The position numbers and the translations under genes are program-made. A stretch of 61,337 nt of DNA, counting the filler, from Basidioascus undulatus (Eukaryota), in assembly GCA_000826855.1 (NCBI GenBank). It is 8 parts of 8 records of this genome, joined end to end, with 100 filler letters (N's around TTAATTAATTAA, not from the genome) between each part and the next. Parts side by side here need not be neighbours in the genome. Positions count along the whole stretch, not along the records: positions 1 to 25,811 come from JTLS01000203.1; 7 more parts are not named here. One strand, 5' to 3'. How positions within the stretch are numbered: position 1 is the stretch's first letter; every line of letters begins with the position of its first letter. The notes beneath the pieces were generated by a model. That model did no database searches and was not told the DNA's origin. It saw only the letters and a program-made list of their open reading frames with translations. Below, piece by piece: positions 12,647 to 25,021 of this stretch.

Positions 12647-14326
12647 TTAAGAGCTCAGCTCCATATCGAAGACAATCTTGCGCGCCTTCCGCTGATCGAA
12701 CATCGTGTACGCCTCGGGGGCCTTGCTGAGCGGCATGCGATGCGAAACGAAGCCGTCGAACGCGCCTGATGCGGACGCCTTTTGCAGAGCGGCGAGCGCG
12801 GTGGGGAAGATACCTCGGACTATTCAAGGGAGGAGGATGAGGTAGATAGGCCAGCCATTATGGTCGGAACGAAGAGCAGGAGCGACGAAGGGCTCGGGCA
12901 ATAAAAAGGAAAAATGGGCGTACCGGGACAGCGGCCGAACTGGAGTCTGCGGTGGTTCGGCCATTTCAGTCACAACTGAGTCAGAGGAAAGGGGAGAGCG
13001 GGAGGAAACAGATTAACAGCGTACTTCACGTTCTTGTCGTATGCCTGAGCGCCAGTGATTGGGATCGCCGCGTTATGCACGCCTGTACAACAACCGACCT
13101 CGTAAGCAGAGGCTGCTGCTGTAAACGGAGGGAAATGCCGGGACGTACCAACGCTCACAATGGACCCAAAAGGCCTGACAAGCTCATACGCGAGCTTCAG
13201 CGCGCTCTCATGGCCGACAATCTCGAGCACGACGTCCGCGCCGCGGCCTTCGGTAGCATCGTGCACGGTCGCAACGGTCGGAGAGGCGAGGGGCAGGGGG
13301 TGGGCGCCGTGACGCTTTGCTTGAGCTGCGGGAAAAAAGGGAAGATCCGAGGTTGGTATACGTGCACAGGAAGACGGAAAGTTGGGAGGAAGAGGTTCGA
13401 GAAGACGCACCGAGACGCTCATCGACCGAGTCGATCGCGTAGACGCGCTTGACGCCAAACCCGCTAGCGGCAGAGACCGCGCAAAGGCCTACGGGTCCAC
13501 AGCCGACGACGACAATGGTCGTGCTGGCGAGCGTCTCCGGAGAAAGGTGAGAGAGTGCGGAATGCGCTGCGTAGAAGCCGGTCGTCCAGACGTCGCCTGG
13601 TATCCGTGGAGGAGAGTTAGAAGAGGGCAGAAGCCAAGGAATTGGAAGTTCGGAACGGACCCATGAGAAGCAGGTGCTCTTCAGGGATGCTGGGGGGCGA
13701 CTTAATGAGAGTGGTACCTATGAGAGAAGCCTTTCAGCACGATTGCAGAAACGGGGCAGCAGTCCAAGGGAAAAACGCACTCGCAAAAGGTACACGAACA
13801 TATTCGGCCTGGGCGCCGTCGAGCTTTTCGCAGCCGAACAGTATGTTATGCTCGCAGCGCGAGGTGAGGCCGCGGGTGCAGTACCAGCACTCGCCGCAGG
13901 AGACTGTAAACGGCGAGAGGACGCGGTCCCCCTTCTGCAGACCCTGGACGTCGGACCCGACCTCCTCGACTACCCCCACAAACTCGTGCCCCTTCAGACA
14001 AACGGTATTGAGCGAACGGCCACGCAGAGCATTGAAGGAAGACGAAAGCTCACGGGGATGAAGCCGGTCCCGCACTCCTCGTGGCCCCGGTAGCCGTGCA
14101 AGTCTGATCCGCACAACCCTGCTATGGATATGCGGATTACAGCGTCGGTGCTTTTTTGTACTCGTGGGACCGGCCGGCGGGAGACAGCGATCTTGCCCGG
14201 CCCTACGAAGACAGACGCGAGCGCAGAATCAGTTGAGGACATGGTCAACAGCAAATCAGCAGCGATCTTCCGCTGACCTTCGAAGATAGCCGCGAGCATG
14301 TAGTTAGAAGAATCAGAGGAGGACAT
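12647..14326 (-). CDS. Zn-dependent medium-chain alcohol dehydrogenase (formaldehyde-dehydrogenase-like MDR)
   Basis: Motifs: GLCGSDLH, GHEFVG, structural-Zn CGECWYC...C, GAQAEYVRVP, Rossmann VVGCGPVG. All traced exons are in frame to TAA at 12647. There are two in-frame ATGs (14326 and 14242). Confidence 0.9.
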
Positions 14327-14343
14327 GGCCAACAACAGATCAG
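14185..14343. repeat. Diverged tandem duplication (75 + 84 nt) of the ADH start region
   Basis: cagcgatcttgcccggccctacgaagacagacgcgagc..agaatcagttgaggacatggtcaacagcaaatcag (14185-14259) aligns with cagcgatcttccgctgaccttcgaagatagccgcgagc..agaatcagaggaggacatggccaacaacagatcag (14260-14343). Confidence 0.85.
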
Positions 14344-14840
14344 AGTGAGGAGGACTGGATGAGGGAAGAAGGCAAGACGCTGGATGATCGAGGCGAAGCG
14401 GGAAGCCCGGTGCTTCGGCCCGCTGGGAGCCGGTTAGAGACGGTTAGTCAAAGGAGAGTGGAGGGGCTGGAGGGGCAAATGTTGGTTGTTCTTGACGGGC
14501 AAAGATCGTGTTTCCATGAAGAACATGTTGAAGTTCGCACAGCATACCTACTTAGATGAACGCAGGGAGTCTTCAGTGCTCGAACTCGCATTGACAGCCG
14601 TCACAGGCCGCCCGGCTGGCCAATCTTGACGCCTACACGCTGACCTTTTTGTGCTTCCTTCCTGGAGATCAAATACTTGTTGTTCTTCATGGTGCTGGGA
14701 CTAAGGCAGTGCGGTTTTCAAGACACTTTCACCTTCTGAAGGCTACAACGACGATACAGGCAGGGTGCACTCACATCACGTGCATGCGTTGGTAATCTCC
14801 TGTTCGTGCCCCTCCCTCTCTTCCACTCGCCATCACCACC

Positions 14841-16087
14841 ATGCAGCCCACCAGCCCCAGTTTACCCTTAGAGATCTACTCGCTCATTATCAACAACCTC
14901 ATCGAGGACTACACTAATGTCGGCGACGTCCAATTTCCTGCGGTCGAGGTCCGCGAGACGCTCCGAGCTCTCAGCGCTTCGACCCGCACGCTGCGCCGGA
15001 TGACCGCACCCGTGCTGCGCAGAGACGCCTGGGTGCGCACGGAGGAGGACATTGGGATGATGGAGAGGGGCTCGGGGGGCTGGCTGAGTCGCGTGAAGTA
15101 CGTCGTGAATCATTATCTTACGAGAAAGCGTACTTCTGACGAGCACCTACGACAGCCATCTCCGCCTGTCCATCATTCCATCTTCACTAGCGTCCCTCAC
15201 CCCACGCCTCTCGACTCTCACCAACCTCACCTGGAGTGCCAGCGCCGGCACCTCAGACGGCGCAGCATCTCCGCCTCAGACCCCTCCCTCAGCGCTCTTC
15301 GCGTCCTGCCCGCGTCTCATGCGCGTGACGGCCAGCTCGAGCTCTGAAGCGCGCATGCGCTGCTTTCTCCTCACGCTCGTGGACTGCAAGTCGCTCACCT
15401 CGCTCCGCATCTCCCTCTCGAAGGAGGAATTGGCGATGAAGACGCTCGAGGCTGTGGCAGAGCTGGTGGAAGGGCTGCGCGAGCTAGTCGTCGAGACGCG
15501 GGACGGGGACTGGGGTTTCGGGTCGGAGGTGCGTTTGCGTTCTATTAGCCATTTGCTCTCTCTTCTCTTTACCTGACTACGCTCCGTCTCTCACTCAGCG
15601 GAACTGCGCCCTCGCTCTCGCCCCCCTCCGATCCCTGTCCTACCTCCGGCTCCCGATCTCAACCTACGCCAAGCCCTCTCACGTCCCTTCCCCCCACCCT
15701 TCCTTCCACCAGCCCCTCACTATCGCCGACGACACTCTGGACGTCCAAGCGCTGCAGACGCTCGCCGAGACGTCGACCGCCCCGCCCGAAACAATTGCGC
15801 ACTTCACGGAGCTGCTCGCCGAGTACGCCTCGGCGCGGGAGCGCTTGGCTGAGACGCAGCGGGCCGCCGCGGAGGCGCGGCGCGAGTGGGAGGCAAGCGT
15901 GCTCGATCTGCGGAGGAAGCAGAGCGAGCTCTTCTTTTCGGTCTTGCCCGGGCTTGAGAGGATCGCATGGGACGTCCCTGGCTGTGGGATGAGAGTGTGG
16001 CACGCACAGAGGGATAAGTGCAAGAAGCTCTCGGTGGAGATGGAGGACGCCGAGGGTTTTTATAGAGAGTTCGCGGCGCGGAGATGA
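14841..16087 (+). CDS. F-box-like protein, 3 exons
   Basis: N-terminal PSLPLEIYSLII...TLRALS..RTLRRMTAPVL pattern followed by LRR-like LTSLRIS/LRELVV segments. Exons splice in frame to TGA at 16087. Confidence 0.55.
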
Positions 16088-16390
16088 ATTGCCTGCCTAC
16101 CTGGACTTATGTTGCAGAATACCAGCTGCACACCGACGCAGCGCTCCAGATTGTACATCCTTCCCTTTGGGGCCGGAATGTGCGTACGGGAATGTTGAGC
16201 AGAGTACTCATTTGCAATTGCTTCTCAGCTTGCTTTAATTGACCAAGGCTGACTTGCAGTTCTCGTGAAGCATCGTAACCCAAGAGCGAGTGTTGCACAA
16301 GCGACCGTCTAAAGTCAATACAGCGTATAACGTTCAGAAGAAAACAAAGGAAAGAAGAAAAGAAGGATCCAGCCCCGGTGCGTCCAACGA

Positions 16391-19300
16391 TTATGCGGAG
16401 CGCGCCTTCGCCGCCGCGGCAATGGCGTTAAGTGCGGAGCCGGCCTTGAGCCAGGTGAGCTGGTCGGCGGACATGGTGTGGCGGACGGGGATACCGAAGC
16501 TCTCGCCGCTGGGCTTGATCACGCGCACGGTGAGCGTCCCGTCCGAGGGCTTGCCCGAGAGGAGGTCCGCCAGCCCCTCGGTCTGCACGGTGTCGCCCGC
16601 GCCGATGCGGGAGTAGTCGGCCTTGTCCACGAAGGTGAGCGGGAGGATGCCCTGCTTCTGTTGGCGTGAAACGAGAAGGGAAAAGGCGTTAGCGATTTGA
16701 TACCTGTGGGTCGGACTCGAAGATTGCCGCAGGACGCGCCTTCAGGTTCGTCTCGTGGATACGGGCGAGCGATTTGCCGAGCACGATGGCGCAGCCTGCG
16801 GAAAGCCAACTCGTCAGCTCATTGGTGCGCGCATGTCAACCGACGGAAGTGCCCACCCAGCCAGCGCGGCTGCATCGCAGCGTGCTCGCGAGCCGAACCC
16901 TCGCCGTAGTTCTCGTCAACGACAATCATCCACGGCTGCTTGCGCTCGCGGTAACGCTTGCAGATCTGGGAGAAGGAGTCGCACGCGCGTTAGCCAGCCA
17001 GTCAACCGACTGTAGCAGATGGGTATCTGCGAAAATGCCACGCACCTCGGGGATGGTGCCAGTCTCGTTCAGGTCAATGTCCTGCGCGACGTTGACCTCG
17101 CCGTTCTCGTCGTTCACAGCCTAGCCGAAGAAACAAATGGGTAAGCGGATCGCGTGCCAGTTTCACACGTAGCGAGCAAGGACGAACAGTCATCACTGCG
17201 AGCATAAGCGTGATGTCAGCATCCGACGGGAAGCCTGCCAGTAAGACGAAGCGAGAACCACTCACGGGTGTTCTCCGAGATGTTGCTCAAGTGGCCCTTG
17301 TACTTGAGCCACACACCGGCAGCAGAGATGTGGTCGGTCGTGCACTTGCCGCGAACACGCATCATACACCTGAGGGGAGGGAGCTCGAGCTCGCCCTCCC
17401 GGAACTGGCTGGAGAACGGCTCGAGGAGCTCGAGGCGGGACGAGTCGGGGGAGATGATGACGGGGGTGTCCGGCTGCGGGACGGGGGTAGGCGAGGGCGC
17501 GTAGGAGGTGTCGCCGGGGGTGAAGCCGGACTCGGGGAGGACGGAGCCGGAGGGCGGGGAGAAGCGGAACGGCTCTGCGTCGGCGGACGAGCCGACGGGG
17601 GCGGGGAGGGTGTCGGTCATGGGGTTGAAGGAGAGCGAGCCGGCGAAGGACATGGCGGTGACGATCTCGGGCGAGGCGAGGAAGTTCATCGTCTTCAAAT
17701 TCCCGTCGTTACGCGCCTTGAAGTTGCGGTTGAAGGACGTCAGGATCGCGTTCTCCTCGCCCTTCGCCTCCCGGCGATCCCACTGCCCGATGCAGGGCCC
17801 GCACGCATTCGCGAGCACGGTCGCGCCCACACCCTCGAGCGTCTCCTGCAGCCCGTCGCGCTCGATCGTCGCGCGGATGAGCTCGGAGCCGGGCGTCACC
17901 ATGAAAGGGACGGCGGCCTTGAGGCCGGCGTCCTTGGCCTGACGCGCGATGGACGAGACGCGAGACATGTCCTCGTACGACGAGTTGGTGCAGGAGCCTA
18001 TGAGAACAAGAGTGACGATAAGCAACACGACACCAACAGGCTTTGAACTGATCGAGCGCACCAATCAGACCCGCAGATAGCTTGTCAGACCAGCCGTTGG
18101 CAGCGACAAACGCGCCGAACTTGGACAGAGGCGTGGCGAGGTCGGGGGTGAAGGGACCGTTGATGTGCGGCTCGAGCTCGGACAGGTTCTGTGCCGCACC
18201 GGCCGCGTTAGCCTTGAAAGTCCTGCCACAGGCATGTAGCAGGAAGACGCCTCACAATCTCGATGACCTGGTCGTACTCGGCGCCCTCGTCAGCCTTGAG
18301 GAAGCCCTGCGACGCAGCCTTGTCCGCGGCGTCCGCGACGGGCGCGCGGCCGGTGGCATGCAGGTAGGCGCGCATGCTCTCCGAGTAGGGAAAGGTGGAA
18401 GTCGTCGCGCCGACTTCGGCACCCATGTTGGCGATGGTGGCGAGACCTGCGGACAGCGTGTCAGATACCGCGGTAGGGGAGCGAGTGGTAGACCAACGCA
18501 CCGGTGCAGGACTGTGTGGCGAGACCGGGACCGAAGTATTCGATGATGGAGCCGGTACCGCCCTGTCACGATACGCCATTGAGCAAAACGGATGTGACAC
18601 TGATTTTAAACGCAAGGCGTAAGACTTACGCGGACAGTCAGCTTGCCAGCGAGGTGAAGGATCAGGTCCTTGGGCGTGGTCCAGCCGTTCATCTCGCCCG
18701 TGAGCTTGACACCGATGATCTGAGCCCACAAACCTCGTCAGCCCATCAGTCCATACTCTCATACCACATGCTTCATCTTCACGCACCTTGGGCGCCTTCA
18801 GTTCCCACGGCGTCCCGCTCATGCCGTCGACAGCGTCCGCACCACCAACACCGATCGCGAGCATGCCCATGCCGCCCGCATTGGGCGTGTGCGAGTCCGT
18901 GCCAAGCATGAGCATACCCGGCGCCGCGTAGTTCTCGAGGACAAGCTGGTGGATGCTGCAGACCGGAATTAAACATGTAAACAAACGGGCCGAAGGGCAA
19001 ATTGAGGGGGGGGAGACGGAGAGACGCACATTCCAGCACCCGGCTTCCAGAACTCAATCCCGTACTTCTTGGCAGCGGACTCGAGGAAGTCGAAGACCTC
19101 CTTGTTGGAGACGATCGAGCGCTATTCACCATACCCACCGCAGGTGTTCAGCTCCTCCAGCTGTGAGCGCCTCGCGATGCAAGGAAACAGCGCACCTTCA
19201 GGTCCGCCTCGGCACCCTCGAACGCTTGGACTGTGAGATTGGTGTGGATTAAGTTTATTGTTGAATGCTCTGTATTCGGGAGACTTACTTAAGTGATCAC

Positions 19301-19759
19301 AGTGGATGGAAGTGGGCACGGCGGTGGTGGGCAGTCCGCAAGTCATAAACTGCAGGAGAGCCATCTGCGCACTCGCATCTGGAAATCACTCCTCCTCGGG
19401 TCAGATTCTTTCCCAACCACAGCTCTCCTTTTCGACTGTAGCTCCAACTCACCCTGCATGGCCACCCGATCCGGCGTCAACTTGAGGTACGCCTCGCCCC
19501 TGATCTTCCCCCCGCGGCCACCCAGGCTCTCCTCCGGGTTTGTCAAGTGCGCATAGAGGATCTTCTCGGCGAGAGTGAGCGGGCGCTTGTCGAGGATCTT
19601 CTTCACGGTCTCGAGCTTGGAGAGGAGACCTGCGTATGGCGGCGTGATGGACGTGCAGTCCTTAGCCGCGAGCTGGGGCGCGTTGGCGTGGGTGGCCAGC
19701 CCGCGGCGCGAGGCGAGGAGGCGCCCAGCGCGGGGGACGGCGGCGGCGCGGGAGATCAT
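16391..19759 (-). CDS. ACO2: Mitochondrial aconitase-family hydratase, ACO2 (homocitrate dehydratase) type
   Basis: Arg-rich presequence, then [87 protein letters not shown]. Includes an 8-nt micro-exon (TGATGACT) near 17190. Confidence 0.88.
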
Positions 19760-20122
19760 GGCGTGCCGACGACGACGACGGCTAGTGCTTAAACGAGCGT
19801 AAAGCAAAGGAGAAGGGACGAGCAACCGTTGGGAGGCGAGTGCCGTTTCCAGCGGCGACTTTCTTGTCTTCTCTTTCCGGCACGTGAGACTTTCACAAGC
19901 CGATCGGCCCGATCAAGCCGAAACACAGCCAACCGGAGCAGGCGCGTTCCACACGGTGAACCGGACAAGGTCGACAGCACAATGTAATGGGCATGCAATA
20001 GAGTGCTTTGGTGATAGATTTTCCGTGTAGTGCACAAGATAAGGTGGTATAAGCTGCGAGGCCGCCTCTAGCGCAGGAGACCACTGCAGCGCAAGTGATT
20101 GTCTGCGAACAGCCAACCCATC

Positions 20123-21448
20123 CTACGCCAGCTTATCCGTGAGCCAATCGAGTCCCTCTTCTAGACCTGCAGGGAGGACGGAAGATGGACCCATCTGTGT
20201 CAGCAAATCATTGCGCGAGTCAGCGACGCGAGTGCGCACCTTTGCCCGTCAATGCCGAGCACGCAAAGATCGACCATTGCCCTGTACACGCCCAAATCGT
20301 CAGCCTGGCTGAACTGCCAAGGTAAAAGTAAGAGGCGTACGATCACGCAAATTGGTCAGACCGAGCGCTTCTGAGATCTGAGCCGCCGTTGCGGCTTGTC
20401 CCTACACAAGTACGCGTTCCCCTCGTTAGACTAGACCGTCGGTATAGCAAGCCAAGACCCAAGTGAGAACGCACTGTCCGGTCCTGCTTATTGGCCCAGA
20501 CCAACAGCAAAGAATCTTTCAGTTGCTGCTCCGCCGAAAACGCGATCCTCGTAAGTAAGCGCGACAGAGGGTCGCGACGAGTATGCAACGCACCTCATCC
20601 GCCATGGCCCGATGCAGCTCTTCCCGGACGATCGGTAGCCGGTCCTTATCGCAGCTGTCCACCGCAAGAATCACCGCCCGCGCCTTGGTGTAGCTGCCGG
20701 GACGGTCGCATTTCCTCTGCGTCAGTGTAACGGCGATTGAGGCTCTGAGTCGCCGCACGCACTAGGCTGCCCATGACTGGCGGAGCTGCGTTTGCCCACC
20801 GATATCCCACCTGCAGGCCAAAGGAAGGTTGCACGTGAGCTTGGCGGCCTCGGGAACCAGCGGAAGAAAAGCAATCACGGACAGTGCGAATCGGAGGTTC
20901 TTGTACTCGAATTGCTCCGAATTGGACCCTACCGTCGGCGCTGTTGCGATTACTTCGCCCTAGGAAGAGCAAACCGTATCGATCAGCAGCAGGGTTCGAC
21001 AAGAGGTTGAACATTGTGTGAGAAGATCGAGCGAGAAGCTCAGGGCGAAGTGGGATGCTTGCTATTCGCCTCGACGCCGCAACCTCTCGCCATGCGCTCA
21101 ATAGTCATAAGCAGAATCAAGCGCTCCTATAAGCCCTACTCACTCCCCCCCTCCGAACTGTCCCCACGGCGACACCCAAAGCCAGACCACCCCAACAGCA
21201 CCGTCTTCCGGCACGCCCCGCCGACTGAGGCGCTCGCATCCTCAGACTCACCTGCGTAATCTTATACAAGATCGTCGTTTTCCCTGCATTGTCTAACCCA
21301 ATGATGACGATCTTCAGCTCGGGCTTGGAGAACAAAGGCGTCCAGAGCGAGGAGAGTGCGACTGGAGCGAGCGAGCGAGCGCGCGAAGCGACCGGTTGTG
21401 AGCTGTGCGCGATGTACTATTCGAGACGCGAGTATGCGTACGGCCCAT
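20123..21448 (-). CDS. ARL5: Arf-like small GTPase, ARL5-like
   Basis: Spliced: MGLALSSLW..KIVIIGLDNAGKTTILY..TAPTVGSN..WDIGGQTQLRQSWAAYY..VDSCDKDRL..WANKQD..FACSALTGKGLEEGLDWL. All exons are in frame and Gly2 is a possible myristoylation site. Confidence 0.75.
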
Positions 21449-21510
21449 GATTCGAAATGATTAGATATGTTAGTGATTTGAACGTCGGTGCGCGAGAGAA
21501 GAGTGCGAGC

Positions 21511-23920
21511 TCAAGGGCGTGAGTTGGTGTGGAAGCGGAGAAGCCGAGCTGCCCTTGGCTGCCCCCTTCTCAGCTCGTGTCGCGCGACAGGGTCTTTAGG
21601 CGGTTGCATCCGGGCCAGCGTCCGGACGTCATACATCGTCTTCAAGACTTCAGTAGGTTGTGCTGCTGTCTTCCCTTCATGTGTATACCGCAAGCTGCGG
21701 ACTCAAGGGTCGACATTCAAGGTACTCTCGGCGGGCTATTATGAATTTCTCCCGGACGACCAGCTGGATTGACGCTTGTGTTTTGCGTCCGCGAAATGCA
21801 AGTCAAGCTGCAACTTGAAGGACAGGCAGACCTTGGCAGACATCAGCTCGTCATATTGCACGCAATGTACTGCAAAAACGATCGTCTGCATCATGCTTCA
21901 CAGAGCTAGCTAGCAGACGGTGGTGGTGGCACAGTAGAGAAACAAGCAACCCGCCATGAAATAGCCAGCGAACAGCTACACCAAGCAAAACCTTCCAATG
22001 ACCAATGCGCTCGCCCGGGAGACTAGCGCTCTCCTTCGCGGCCAGGAGTGGTCGAAGTTGCTCGCCTTCAAAAAGAGATGCATGAGCAATTGAGCAACCG
22101 GCGCATCGCAAACCACACACCTTTAGAACCTTGGCGCGAAAAGTGGACATCATGCGTGCGAACTGAGCGTGCTCCTCCCAGACTACCAGGCCAAATGTCA
22201 GTGAGATTTGAGTCGGAGTGAAAGAAAAAGACGAACCGGCTGCTTCTTGGACGTTGGTGCTGCCGCGACTCGCGCCCTTGCCCGGGCCGGCGTCGGGGGA
22301 GAGTCGTCGCCGAGGTCGACAAGCAGGTCCATGAAGGCATCGGGGTCTGTGAAGGTCCGGCACGTGGGGTTGGTCAGCCGAAGTCTCGGTGACGCAGATG
22401 ATCGTGACCCAAGCACGCACCGCAGCCGTCGAGGCGACGGCGATCTCCGAGACCGGAAGCGATCTTCTTAAAGCCCGCAGCAATCAGGTCATGACTCTGC
22501 ATCTGGTTCGCAAAGCAGCGACGCAGAAGCGACGTCGCGCGGGTGTCGCTTCCGAGAAGCACGGCGGTCGCGATATCGCCGACAGTCGTCTCGAGGTAGG
22601 CGCTGACGGCGGCGGACGATGAAGAACAGGCGCGTATCGGGGCGGAAGGACCCTTCGCCCGTCATGAGCGGCAGCCACGCCGTCTCATCGACAGAGTCGG
22701 CGGCGACGCCGACGCGGCCCGACGATGTGGAAGAGAGCGAGCTTGATGAGCTTGCACCGCGTGCAGAACGCGGGTTTGAGGCCCCAGTTCGCAGGCAGGG
22801 CAGTGAAGGATTCACGCGCCGAGGTGCCGTCGCTGAAGGTCGTCTCGAGGACGATGCCGCGGGCGTCTGCGTCCGGGTAGCAGCCGGGCGAAGAAGTCTA
22901 GCGCGAAGATCGCGGTCTCGTCGAAGTAGCGCTCGAGCTTCTCGTTGCAGCCCGGCATTGAATCAGGGTACTGCTGGAACGACGCGCGACCTGGGAACCA
23001 GATCCGGTACGGCCCTCCGTCGCCGCCGCCGGCCGTCGCCTGGACCATGCTCTCCACCGCGCCGGCGCTTGGGGCGTAGACGTACAGCCCGCTCTGCATC
23101 TTCCACTTGCGCACTTGCACGCGTCGAGCTCCTCCAGCGGTTCGCGCTCGCCCTAGAACTCGAAGCCCAACGCGGCTCCCAGCGCGGCCGATGCGGGAGG
23201 CTGCGTCGAGGAGGATGGGCCGGCGGAAGCGGTAGAGTGCGCGTCGGCCGAGCACGCCTTCTCGCGGGGGCGAGGGGCCGACGGGGCGACGTGAAGGACG
23301 GAGTGAGCGTTGGTCGGCGCGTTTCTCCCAGTGGAGGTGGGAGGGAGCGGGAGGCACGTGAGGAGCGGGAGGCGGTCTTCCGGTGCGACTAGGCGGAGAG
23401 GTGCGACCTGGGGGGGAGAGCGTTCTCGGCGATGCTGGGAGAGGGGACTGAGCGATCGACTGACTTCGCAGGAACAGCCAGCGTACCACGCTCTCCCCAG
23501 CTTACCCCCCGCTCAGCTTATCTCCACCTGCGCACTACGGTTCGCTTCTGCGCCGTCGAGCAGCCTGCGGCGCTTGGGCGCTTGCTCGTCATGCCGGGTG
23601 CTCTCGTGGGAACCCTTGTTTTCCTTGTCGCGAGCCGGGTCGTGACGGTTGGGCGAGAGAGGACGAGGGAAGACCAGCGTATCGTCGATGGCGTCGCGCG
23701 CGGTGACGGTCGACGGAAAGTTGAATACGGTGATTTGGAGGTTGTTGTAGTCGTGGTGGACGTCGAAGGGAGGGAGATCGCGCGGGAAAGAAGCGTCGCG
23801 GCTGCTGTTGTCGTGGGGGAGGAGAGATGCCGGGAAGCTGAAGTTGGAGTGTGTAGTGCTGGTGGAGCTCCGCACGTCAGTAAGCTCGGTGCCATTCGTC
23901 GTCCAGCCAGTGAGATCCAA
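21511..23920 (-). pseudogene. Heavily frameshifted relic of an unidentified protein-coding gene
   Basis: Protein-like blocks (PYRIWFPGRASFQQYPD..EKLERYFDET, YPDADARGIVLETTFSDG, TAWLPLMTGEGSFRPDTRLFFIV, TFTDPDAFMDLLVDLG, IQLVVREKFIIARREYLE) lie in successive different frames, without obvious introns and with internal stops. Confidence 0.45.
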
Positions 23921-24677
23921 TACTAATCCACGCTTGTCCCTATGAATTGACTTACACAGCGGGCAGCACCTCTAGTTATGGTCGCTGGAGGGGGGGCCCC
24001 CGAGGCATAGCTACCGTTACGAGCAATACGCGAGCGAGCGGGAGAAAGAGAGAGACAAGAAGACAGGCGCCGGCCTGAGGAAAGACGCCTCGTCTCGCAT
24101 CTTCCATGCTGTGGTCCGCAATTCCGCCACTCCTTGTCGCTGTCCCGTAGTCAACATAGCTACGCTTCTCCCGCTCGTATCCTAGATTAAAATCCATCGC
24201 ATCACACTTCAAACACTGTGTACTGGCAGCACAGCCAGCACCGATTCGATGTTCGTGTGGGCCTCGTCCAGAAAGCGTGCGCTTGACTTCAATCACTGCT
24301 TGATTGTTAGCCGCCTTTCAGGCTGCATGCTCGTTTCCAAGTTTGTTACGACTTTATATGCATAGAGAAAAGCCTTGAAGATGGGTAGAGTCAGAGTGCA
24401 CTGCTACCTTCGGCTTCCTTGGTCCTCACGAAGCACTTGGGACGCTGCAGATATCGTCCTTAAGTCCCGTGAGTAGACACTGCCTAGATTGACTTAAAAT
24501 TTTACTATATAATGTGTTTGGTCAGGATGCAACCTTCCCGGCGCAAGTAATGCAAGCTCCAACAGTATTAGGAAACTCTCGCAACGAAACTGTCGCGCTC
24601 GAGTGTGCAGGACTCCTTCATGTGGAGGATCCGACCCGTATCAGAAGTATATTGAGCTCCAATAGCTAATATTCAAC

Positions 24678-24840
24678 TGCTGGCGGACGGTCGCGATTCA
24701 AGTCGGTTGCTGGTGGATGGTCGCGATTTCAAGTCGGCTGCTGGCGGACGACACGGTCAAGTATTGCCATCAAGCACTACAGTAATAGCCGCGTCAGCTG
24801 CTGGCGGACGGTCGCGCTCAATTGAGCTATTGGCGGACGG
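24678..24840. repeat. Degenerate ~30-bp minisatellite (core TGCTGGCGGACGGTCGCG), 5 full or partial copies
   Basis: Copies start at 24678, 24708, 24739, 24799 and 24828. Confidence 0.75.
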
Positions 24841-25021
24841 TACAGTCTGACGGAGGGTCAGGCTATCGCGTCTGGAACGTGTCATCTTTAACGCGAAGCT
24901 TGCAAAAGCTTGCACCGGCAGACTGGCGAACGCCACACGTCCAGGCTGTTTTCGACGCAGTGGACTCATTGCAACAGCCCTGTCCTAGCAAATACAAAGA
25001 ACGACAATTGAATAGAAATGA

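Noticed and set aside
24678..24840. CRISPR-like array
   Set aside because: The context is eukaryotic, the repeats are degenerate and mostly abut without unique spacers, and there are no cas genes.
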